64,000 nucleotides of DNA from positions 58,116-122,115 of IMG/VR virus record IMGVR_UViG_3300025934_000014; one strand, written 5' to 3'. Positions 56,976-64,000 of this stretch are shown here, in pieces (the first letter of the stretch is position 1; each line of letters starts with the position of its first letter). This DNA comes from a virus (taxonomy: Duplodnaviria; Caudoviricetes). A program made the translations under genes and the position numbers. The notes beneath the pieces are model-generated. The model searched no databases. It saw nothing but the letters and a program-made list of their open reading frames with translations, and was not told where the DNA came from.

Positions 56976-57857
56976 ATGGCGACCGCGACCCCTACCGTTC
57001 ACAACCCCACGAACTTTGAACCCTCGGACTACGAGGTGCTCGATTACCTCGACAACCGCCGCCCGGCGTACTACGGCCAGTCGGTCGAGGGCTACGCCTA
57101 CGAGGTCGCGACGTGGGAAGCGGACATGCTCGCCACGCTGGGCGCGAACTGGCGCTCCAAGGCTGGGCACTGCGTCCACTGCGGCAACGGCAACGTCCGC
57201 TGGATCACGGCGGTGCATCACCAGCCGACGGGCGAGACGGTCGTGTTCGGCAGCGACTGCACGGAGCGCCTCGGGTTCGCGAACAAGGTCGCGTTCAAGC
57301 TGGCGCAGATTCAGTCGAAGGCCGAAGCCGGGCACGCGCGACTCAAGGTGTGGAACAAGCGCGTGGCCTTCCTCGCGGCGAACCCGGTGTTCGCGGCGGC
57401 GGTCGAGCAGGCGAAGAACCCGGTTCACGCACGCAACACGTTCGCGCACGACGTGATCGGCAAGCTGAATACCTACGGCGACCTGAGCGAGCGCCAGACG
57501 GCGGCGGTCATCACGTCCCTCGCGAAGGACATCGCGTTCGCGGCACGCAAGGCGGTCGAGGCGACCGAGGTCAAGGGCGCGGCTCCCTCCGGCAAGGCGA
57601 CGGTCACGGGCGAAGTCCTGAGCACGAAGCTGGTCGAGGGCGCATACGGCACGACCCGCAAGATGCTGGTCAAGCTGCCGACCAACGCGAAGGTCTGGAC
57701 GAGCGTCCCGAAGGCGGCGGCTGGCGTGCAGCGCGGCGACACCATCACGGTGACGGCGACGTTCGAGGTCAGCAAGGACGACGCGTCCTTCGCTTTCGGC
57801 AAGCGCCCCCAGCTTGTCGCGCTGGTGGCGGCGCAGGCGGCGCAGGCGGCGCTGTAA
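56976..57857 (+). CDS. zinc-finger plus OB-fold-like hypothetical protein
   Basis: CVHCG..GSDC; C-terminal TVTGEV...VTATFEV...FGKRP. Confidence 0.6.
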   Translation: MATATPTVHNPTNFEPSDYEVLDYLDNRRPAYYGQSVEGYAYEVATWEADMLATLGANWRSKAGHCVHCGNGNVRWITAVHHQPTGETVVFGSDCTERLGFANKVAFKLAQIQSKAEAGHARLKVWNKRVAFLAANPVFAAAVEQAKNPVHARNTFAHDVIGKLNTYGDLSERQTAAVITSLAKDIAFAARKAVEATEVKGAAPSGKATVTGEVLSTKLVEGAYGTTRKMLVKLPTNAKVWTSVPKAAAGVQRGDTITVTATFEVSKDDASFAFGKRPQLVALVAAQAAQAAL

Positions 57858-57938
57858 AGACGAGGCCGGTCGGTTCTGACCCGCTAGGTAGCGGGTTGGA
57901 ACCGGAACATTGCGACTACCATTCGCGTCTAACAGGGC

Positions 57939-58172
57939 ATGGCGACGATGACGACGACGGCGGCTCAGGATCTGGCGCAGGCGCTCGCGGCCTGCACGGG
58001 CGCGGTGCGGGTGACGGTGACGGACGGCCCGGTGATGGCCACGGCGGTGCCGAAGCCGACGCGGGTGAAGATCGGCGTGGTCTGCTTGGAGTGTGGCAAG
58101 CGGTGGAAGGTCGGCCCGAACGCCTCGCCTGAGTGTCCGAAGTGCGGCGGCACGGACTTCGACGTGCGCTGA
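57939..58172 (+). CDS. zinc-ribbon protein
   Basis: CLECG...CPKCGGTD. Confidence 0.6.
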   Translation: MATMTTTAAQDLAQALAACTGAVRVTVTDGPVMATAVPKPTRVKIGVVCLECGKRWKVGPNASPECPKCGGTDFDVR

Positions 58173-58411
58173 TGGGCCTGTGGATCGAGCTACGCTGCGA
58201 CGACGGCGAGGCGGAGTCCTGCTGGTCGTCGCTGAACAAGGGACCGATGGGCCACGCGATGCGCGGCCGGGTGCCCGAGGTCGTGGCGGCGCTGATGGCC
58301 GAGGGCAAGGCGCAGGGCTGGACGGTCGTCCGGAACGCGGCGCAGCGGCGCACGGGCCTGCGGTGCCCGGCCTGCACGAAACACGCAAAATCAGCGCCTG
58401 CAAAGCCTTAA
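58172..58411 (+). CDS. small zinc-binding protein
   Basis: LRCD...GW....CPAC; TGATG coupling. Confidence 0.5.
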   Translation: MGLWIELRCDDGEAESCWSSLNKGPMGHAMRGRVPEVVAALMAEGKAQGWTVVRNAAQRRTGLRCPACTKHAKSAPAKP

Positions 58412-58467
58412 TCCACAGGCACTTACAGGCACGGAACATTGACACTCTCATTGTCGTCTAACCAAGC

Positions 58468-59109
58468 ATGACTACAGCGAAGACGATGACGGCGAAGTTC
58501 GCGGGTGTTTGCAAGGCGTGCGGCGTGTGGTTCCCGGCGCAGACGCCCATCCTCTGGGTGGCGGGTTCGGGCGCGACCCATGTGTCCCCGGCCGCGTGTG
58601 CGGCGGCGAAGGCGGCGAAGCAGGCGGCGGTCGCGGCGACCCCGGCCCCGCAGGCGACCTTCTCGATGGCCCCGATTGCGGCGTTCCTGACGAAGGCGAC
58701 GGCGACCCTGAAGTTCCCGTCGGTGCGGTTCTTGGCCCCCGGCGGCGGCGAGCTTCGCCTCTACGTCGCTGGCCCCCGGTCGAAGGCTCCGGGTTCGATT
58801 CAGGTGCTCGTGAACGACGCGTGGCTGGGCCGTCTGACCCCGGCGGGTGAAGTCCACGGCAAGCTCTCGCGCGAGGACGCGGTGCTCGCGACCCTCTCGA
58901 CCATCGCGGCCGACCCGGCGAAGGCCGCAAAGGAATACGGTGCGCTGCGCGGCGCGTGCAGCTTCTGCAACAAGGCGCTGACCGACGCGGGTTCGGTCGA
59001 AGTCGGCTACGGCCCGGTCTGCGCGAAGCACTACGGCCTCCCGCACAAGCCGAAGGGCACGACGGTCCTGACGACGGAGGTGGCTGCGGCCACCCCCGTC
59101 GCCGCGTAA
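58468..59109 (+). CDS. DUF6011-like zinc-finger protein
   Basis: CSFCNKALTD..SVEVGYGPVCAKHYG. Confidence 0.7.
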   Translation: MTTAKTMTAKFAGVCKACGVWFPAQTPILWVAGSGATHVSPAACAAAKAAKQAAVAATPAPQATFSMAPIAAFLTKATATLKFPSVRFLAPGGGELRLYVAGPRSKAPGSIQVLVNDAWLGRLTPAGEVHGKLSREDAVLATLSTIAADPAKAAKEYGALRGACSFCNKALTDAGSVEVGYGPVCAKHYGLPHKPKGTTVLTTEVAAATPVAA

Positions 59110-59134
59110 CTCGGTGACGGAGACGGAGACGACG

Positions 59135-59386
59135 ATGGCGCGAGCGAACTGGATCATCGAGGCGGCGGGGCGCTACCGCTCCGCCGATGGACGCACGGCC
59201 CTCGTGCGCGGCCCTCGCCCGACCCTGCACTACAGCACGCCGGTCGCGGGGACGGTGTGGGCGCTGCACCACGGCGACGTGGTCGCCCCGCGTGCCTACG
59301 CCTCGACGCTGGCCGACGCGAAGGCGCTGGCCGCACAATTACGCGACGGCTGGGATGCCCTCGACGCCGAACGCAACAGCAAGTGA
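59135..59386 (+). CDS. hypothetical protein
   Basis: GGAGACGACG-ATG start. Confidence 0.55.
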   Translation: MARANWIIEAAGRYRSADGRTALVRGPRPTLHYSTPVAGTVWALHHGDVVAPRAYASTLADAKALAAQLRDGWDALDAERNSK

Positions 59387-59399
59387 GACGGAGACGACG

Positions 59400-59693
59400 A
59401 TGAAGGCGCTCATTCAATTCGGTAGCAACAAGTCCAAACTCTGGTACGACGTGTTCACGCCCGGCGACCACGTGGCACGGGTGTACGTGAAGGGCGGCTC
59501 GCCAGACGCGCATCAAGCGGCGCAGCAACGCGCGGCGCTCCTCGCGGCCACGCCCGAGATGCACGCGGCCCTCCGCGCACTGGTGACGGAGGTGAGCGAG
59601 ATTCACCAGAAGCGGCTGCTCGCGCTGCTCGCGGACATCGACGCAACAGCCAAGGCGCTCGCGACCTCGATGGGTCCGGTTGGGGGGAAGTGA
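59400..59693 (+). CDS. hypothetical protein
   Basis: GGAGACGACG-ATG; ALLAATPEM motif. Confidence 0.55.
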   Translation: MKALIQFGSNKSKLWYDVFTPGDHVARVYVKGGSPDAHQAAQQRAALLAATPEMHAALRALVTEVSEIHQKRLLALLADIDATAKALATSMGPVGGK

Positions 59694-60253
59694 TGACCGA
59701 CACACACGCGGTGCTGATGGCGGCGGCGATTGCGGCTGAAGCGCACAGCGGCCAGATGCGCAAGCACGGCCTCGGCCCCTACATTCAGCATCCGTTCAAG
59801 GTCGCGGAGATGGTGATGGTGGCCGGGATGCCAACGCACGCGGTCCAAGCGGCGCTCCTGCACGACGTGGTCGAAGACTGCGGCGCACGCTGGTACCCGC
59901 GCATCGAGGCACTGGGCGCGGACGTGACGCGGCTGGTCGTGGCGCTGACGAAGCCGTGGCCCGACGGCGACGACGTGGCGGCACGCGCCGGGAAGCCTGC
60001 GTACTACGCGCGGATCGTGGCGACCCCGCTGGCGGCAGACCTCAAGCTGCTCGACCGCACGGACAACCTCCGCGACATGCGGCGGCTGCTGGATGCGGAG
60101 CGCGAGGACACGCATGAGCGAGGGGACTCGACGCGGCGCTGGATCCGGCGCTACGTCGCGAAGACCGAGAAGGAGATCGTGCCGCTGCTGGCGGCGACGA
60201 CCAGCATCACGGCACAGGTGCTGTTTCATGAAGCACTGGAGGCGCTCCGATGA
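59690..60253 (+). CDS. HD-domain (p)ppGpp hydrolase-like protein (Mesh1/SAH type)
   Basis: AH.GQ.RK..PYI.HP..VA, AALLHDVVED, V.ALTK, KLLDR.DNL. Confidence 0.85.
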   Translation: MMTDTHAVLMAAAIAAEAHSGQMRKHGLGPYIQHPFKVAEMVMVAGMPTHAVQAALLHDVVEDCGARWYPRIEALGADVTRLVVALTKPWPDGDDVAARAGKPAYYARIVATPLAADLKLLDRTDNLRDMRRLLDAEREDTHERGDSTRRWIRRYVAKTEKEIVPLLAATTSITAQVLFHEALEALR

Positions 60254-60459
60254 CCGACCCGATCTCTGTCGCGCCGTGGAGTAAGGACGAAGTCGATGCG
60301 CTCAATGCGTATCAAGCGACCGGCGCGTTCCATCCGTTCACCTGTGGCACGGACAGTCGGCATCCGGTGCTGGTCGCCACCCTAGAAGGCTGGCGGTGTC
60401 GGGCCTGTGGCTATGAGCAGAACTGGTGCCACGCGTTCATGCTCCGAGGGGCACGATGA
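60250..60459 (+). CDS. small zinc-binding protein
   Basis: YQ....HPFTCG...GW.C..CGYEQ.W. Confidence 0.6.
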   Translation: MTDPISVAPWSKDEVDALNAYQATGAFHPFTCGTDSRHPVLVATLEGWRCRACGYEQNWCHAFMLRGAR

Positions 60460-60860
60460 CGCTCGTGCAGGTTCGACGGCAACGCGGGATGCTGGTGCGC
60501 TTGTTCAGCGGCGGGTGGCTGGGCGTAGACGGCCAGCCGACGAAGGCGCGGTCGCAGGCCGTGCAACTCCGGCCCGAAGATGCGCAGGAGTTTCTGGTGG
60601 CGATGCGCACGCGCGAGCACGCGGACCCGCTGCACGCGGCCTCGCTGGAACTGCTCCCGAAGCGCGGCGCGACGGCGGTGCTGTCGCCAGAGGTGTTCCG
60701 TGCGTTCCTCGTGTCGATGCAGACGGTGCGACTGGGCTGGGACGCGGATCGGTGTGACCGGCTCGCGGCGAGCTACCTCGCGGAGGCCCGGCACGCGGAG
60801 ACGATGGCGGCGACGATGCGAGCGAAGGCAGCGGAGCTACGGGCCAGCCTGACGAAGTAA
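60456..60860 (+). CDS. hypothetical protein
   Basis: GAGGGG RBS, ATGA overlap. Confidence 0.5.
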   Translation: MTLVQVRRQRGMLVRLFSGGWLGVDGQPTKARSQAVQLRPEDAQEFLVAMRTREHADPLHAASLELLPKRGATAVLSPEVFRAFLVSMQTVRLGWDADRCDRLAASYLAEARHAETMAATMRAKAAELRASLTK

Positions 60861-60895
60861 GCCAGCCCGTACTCCGCACGACGAGACGGCGGACG

Positions 60896-61069
60896 CTACT
60901 TGCGGTCGGGCGGCGTCGGGTTGCTGGCGCGGTCAGCCTTGTCGCGCACGTCCGGATTCTTCGACCCCTGCTCCAGCGTGCTGGGGTCTGGCGTCACGGG
61001 GCGATCTCCGCCCGTGGACGGGACATGCTGCTTGCCGACATCGTGCTGCGTACGGTTCGGTTCGGACAT
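60896..61069 (-). CDS. small hydrophilic disordered protein (57 aa), not in ORF track
   Basis: GGAGG RBS on minus strand; MSEPNRTQHDVGKQHVPSTGGDRP... Confidence 0.5.
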   Translation of the reverse strand: MSEPNRTQHDVGKQHVPSTGGDRPVTPDPSTLEQGSKNPDVRDKADRASNPTPPDRK

Positions 61070-61392
61070 TGAATTACTTCCTCCGGTGAGAGTCCTTCAG
61101 GACTGATGCCACCGGCGGGTGCGGTTGAGGTGATGACGATGACGGCGACGACGGCGACGACCTTTTGCCCCCGGTGCGGGGGCGCTCCCTTCTGTTTGAC
61201 CACGTGTCCGGCCTCGACGGCCAGCGAGCGGTACTGGCAGCGTACGGCGTATCAGGCGCGGCTGATGCTGGCGCTCGTTCACACCGCCGAGCAACGCGCC
61301 TACTACAGCGGACGGCTCGCGCAGGCTGAGGCCGCACTGGCTCCGGCGCTCGCACGCGCCGCATAAGTGGAACAGTGATAATGTGACCGCGC

Positions 61393-62049
61393 ATGGCGGT
61401 CACGCTGCAACAGGATCCGAACAACGCCAACAAGGGCACCGTACGCGGAGCCGCCCTCCTGAAAGCCTCCCTCCTCGTCTGCGGCGCTGGCCGCTCCATC
61501 TTCACCGACAAGCACGGCACCGTCCTCGGCGGCAATAAGACGCTGGCGACCGCGCAGGCGCTTGGGATTCCCACGGAGTGCATCGAGACGGATGGTCACG
61601 AACTGGTCGTGGTGCAGCGGACGGACTTGGACCTTGCGGTCGATGCGACAGCGCGGCAACTCGCGTACTACGACAACCGCACCCACGAACTCGATCTCGC
61701 GTGGGACCGGGCACAGGTCGCGGCCGACGTACTGGCAGGCGTCGATGTCGGCGCGGCGTTCTTCCCGAAGGAACTGACGGCGCTGAAGGTGACGCCCGGC
61801 GCGTCGAAGGTGGAGCCGCCGGTGCTCGACCTCCCGCAGACGGATGGCGGCGCGATGCCACCGCAGGACGGAGCAGGTATATATACCGCTCCGCCTGCGG
61901 CGACTCCGACGGTCCCGGTGCTGCGGATCACGTTGACGTTCGCGACCCTCGATGAGCACGCCCGGTGGCAGGCGTTCATGGACGCGCTCGCGGCCCGGTA
62001 TCCAGAGGAGACGACGGAGACGGCGCTGCTGGCCCGACACCTGTCATGA
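61393..62049 (+). CDS. ParB-like N-terminal domain protein 1
   Basis: DPNNANKGT.RG..LL..SL...GAGRSI..D.....GGNKT, YDNR..E. Confidence 0.7.
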   Translation: MAVTLQQDPNNANKGTVRGAALLKASLLVCGAGRSIFTDKHGTVLGGNKTLATAQALGIPTECIETDGHELVVVQRTDLDLAVDATARQLAYYDNRTHELDLAWDRAQVAADVLAGVDVGAAFFPKELTALKVTPGASKVEPPVLDLPQTDGGAMPPQDGAGIYTAPPAATPTVPVLRITLTFATLDEHARWQAFMDALAARYPEETTETALLARHLS

Positions 62050-62651
62050 AGACGCTGGAGAAGCTGGAGGACTGCACCCCGGACATCGCGAACGCGAACG
62101 CCGGGACGCTGCGCGGCGAGCAACTCCTTGAGCACTCGCTGACGAAGTACGGCGCGGCCCGGTCCATCGTCGTGGACAAGTACGGCCGCTGCATCGGTGG
62201 GAACAAGACCCTGCAACTCGCCATCGAGGCCGGGCTGGGGATGCGCGTCGTGCAGACGGACGGCAAAACGCTGGTGGTGGTCGTGCGCACGGACCTTGAC
62301 CTTGCGACGGACCCGCAGGCGCGGGTGCTCGCGTACCTCGACAATCGGGCGGCGGAACTGGGCCTTGCGTGGAACGTCGAGCAACTGGAAGCGGACCTTG
62401 AGAAGGGGCTACAACTCGGGTCGATGTTCACGGAGCGCGAGATCGAGCGCATGCTCGCGGCGCTCGACGCGGATGGTGTCACACTGCCGCTGACGGTGAC
62501 GGTCGCGTTCCCGGCGGCGCTCCATGCGGCGTGGCACGCGGCCGTGCTGGCGATGCCGGGGGCGGTGTGGGGCGAGCAGTTGGACGCGTGGCTGGCGGCG
62601 CAGATGACGACACTGGCAACCCCGACGGCGACGACGACGGAGGCGGGATGA
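62046..62651 (+). CDS. ParB-like N-terminal domain protein 2 (tandem paralog)
   Basis: D.ANANAGT.RG..LL..SL..YGAARSIVVD.....GGNKT, LDNR.AE. Confidence 0.7.
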   Translation: MKTLEKLEDCTPDIANANAGTLRGEQLLEHSLTKYGAARSIVVDKYGRCIGGNKTLQLAIEAGLGMRVVQTDGKTLVVVVRTDLDLATDPQARVLAYLDNRAAELGLAWNVEQLEADLEKGLQLGSMFTEREIERMLAALDADGVTLPLTVTVAFPAALHAAWHAAVLAMPGAVWGEQLDAWLAAQMTTLATPTATTTEAG

Positions 62652-62854
62652 CGCTGCGGGTGTACTTTCTGAAACGCGGGGCACACGTCCATTGCCGGGT
62701 GTTCGCCGGGAAGACCGGCGTCACGCTGGCGCACGTCGGGGAACTGGTGTTCGGCGCGGAGGAGTGGCGCGAGGCCCGAGCCGAGCTATCGAAGATTGCC
62801 GACCTCCGGGACGAGGGTGCGGACCTTCACGGTACCGTGAACAGTCATGGCTGA
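62648..62854 (+). CDS. hypothetical protein
   Basis: GGAGG RBS; G.HVHCRVF.G. Confidence 0.5.
   Translation: MTLRVYFLKRGAHVHCRVFAGKTGVTLAHVGELVFGAEEWREARAELSKIADLRDEGADLHGTVNSHG
62826..62841. repeat. 16-bp palindrome copy 6
   Basis: TTCACGGTACCGTGAA 5 nt upstream of the terS ATG. Confidence 0.85.
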
Positions 62855-63722
62855 GATCCACGAATCACCGCAGGCACCTGACCCACCGGACGGAGACGCG
62901 GACGTAGACGCGGACGTGGTCGAACCGGAAGTTGCGGCGGAGGAGTCGGCGGAGGCGGCGCTGGAAGCGGCACTGGAAGCAGAAGTCGCCCACCTCCCGG
63001 ACCCCATCCCTGAACCGATTCCGCCGTGGGAACAGCAGGCCGGGGAGACAAGCTGGGCCTTCCATGCGTTCACCCACTTCCGGGACCAGAAGGTCCACTC
63101 GTGTCTGAACGCCTACAAGACGCACAAGGCCGAGTGCATGGGTATGCCGGTCGGCCATCTGACCGACGCGCCGAAGCACTGGCGGCTCTGGTCGTCGCAG
63201 TGGGACTGGGTGGAGCGAGCACGAGCGTGGGACGCCGAACTCGACCGGCTGGTGCGCGAGCGACTGGTGTCGGCGCAGGTTGAGGCGCGGGAGCGGCACG
63301 CGCGGTTTGCGCAGGCGATGCTGACGGTGCTCTCGCTGCCGGTGAAGGCGGCGCTGGAGGCGGCGCGGGATCCGAACCTCGTGCCGACGATGACCGCCGC
63401 TGCGACGACGGCCGCTGGCGCGAAGGATCTGATTGCGCAAGTCGCCCGGATCGCGGCGGCGGTCCCGGCCGTGGTGAACATGGAACGACTGGCCCTTGGG
63501 TTGACGACCGAGAGTGTCCACGTCGAGGATACGCGAGACGAGGGAATCTCCTTTGCTGACCGGATCGCCAACGACCCCGCCGCTACCGAGTTGGCGATCC
63601 AACTCCTTGATCAACTCACGCTCCCTCGCGCGAGCACTGCCCTCGGGGCTGGCGTATCTGGCGAGCCGGGGGACGTGGCAGACAGCCCCGCACCTCAACC
63701 TCCTGACCCGGAAGCTGGTTGA
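62847..63722 (+). CDS. terminase small subunit (putative)
   Basis: WEQQ.GET..AF.AF..FRD...WS....WVERARAWD motif; directly upstream of terL. Confidence 0.65.
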   Translation: MAEIHESPQAPDPPDGDADVDADVVEPEVAAEESAEAALEAALEAEVAHLPDPIPEPIPPWEQQAGETSWAFHAFTHFRDQKVHSCLNAYKTHKAECMGMPVGHLTDAPKHWRLWSSQWDWVERARAWDAELDRLVRERLVSAQVEARERHARFAQAMLTVLSLPVKAALEAARDPNLVPTMTAAATTAAGAKDLIAQVARIAAAVPAVVNMERLALGLTTESVHVEDTRDEGISFADRIANDPAATELAIQLLDQLTLPRASTALGAGVSGEPGDVADSPAPQPPDPEAG

Positions 63723-64000
63723 CCTCGAACAGCGCCGCATCACGCGGCTGCTGGTCGAGATGCCCCCACGCCACGGCAAGAGCTTCCTCTGTTCGCAGTA
63801 CTTTCCGGCGTGGTACCTCGGACGCAACCCTGAACACCGCGTCATTCTCGCCAGCTACGGCGGTGGGTTCGCCCGAGGCTGGGGCGAACGCGCTCGCGAT
63901 GCACTGGCGCTGGTCGGCAAAGAAGTGTTCGACATCGATGTCCGTCGCCAGTTCAACCGGCCGGACGACTGGCGCATCACCGGCCACCTCGGACGCATGC
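63553..64000 (+). CDS. terL: terminase large subunit, 5' part (truncated by window end; start uncertain)
   Basis: RLLVEMPPRHGKSFLCSQYFPAWYLGRNP..RVILASY Walker A region; frame open to the window end. Confidence 0.9.
   Translation, partial: MLTGSPTTPPLPSWRSNSLINSRSLARALPSGLAYLASRGTWQTAPHLNLLTRKLVDLEQRRITRLLVEMPPRHGKSFLCSQYFPAWYLGRNPEHRVILASYGGGFARGWGERARDALALVGKEVFDIDVRRQFNRPDDWRITGHLGRM

Noticed and set aside
1-64000. tRNA genes, integrase/att sites, IS elements
   Set aside because: No cloverleaf with T-loop, recombinase or transposase motifs recognised by eye; tRNAscan-SE and HMM searches would be needed to exclude them.

Overview
GC-rich tailed dsDNA phage (Caudoviricetes, siphovirus-like) genome segment, almost entirely + strand. 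1-20.4 kb is the tail module: three paralogous small virion proteins, a tail assembly chaperone with a likely +1 frameshift, a 1755-aa tape measure protein, tail tip proteins and two FN3/Gly-rich proteins. 20.4-21.9 kb is the most striking locus: a stand-alone RAMP/Cas7-like gene between two long non-coding arrays of GGY-NN pentamers (about 160 units), a candidate RNA-guided system. 22-61 kb holds early/middle genes behind a family of near-identical sigma70-type promoters: an AAA+ ATPase with Walker B before Walker A, SSB, ATP-dependent ligase, Ku, SF2 helicase, primase-helicase, RuvC-like resolvase, cold-shock protein, DNA methyltransferase, a ppGpp-hydrolase-like HD protein, HNH nucleases and many small ORFs. 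Six copies of a 16-bp palindrome are spread along this arm. 61.4-64 kb has two ParB-like proteins, the terminase small subunit and the start of the large subunit. I recognised no integrase, lysis genes, capsid genes, tRNAs or canonical CRISPR array. All protein calls come from motif recognition by eye, not database searches.
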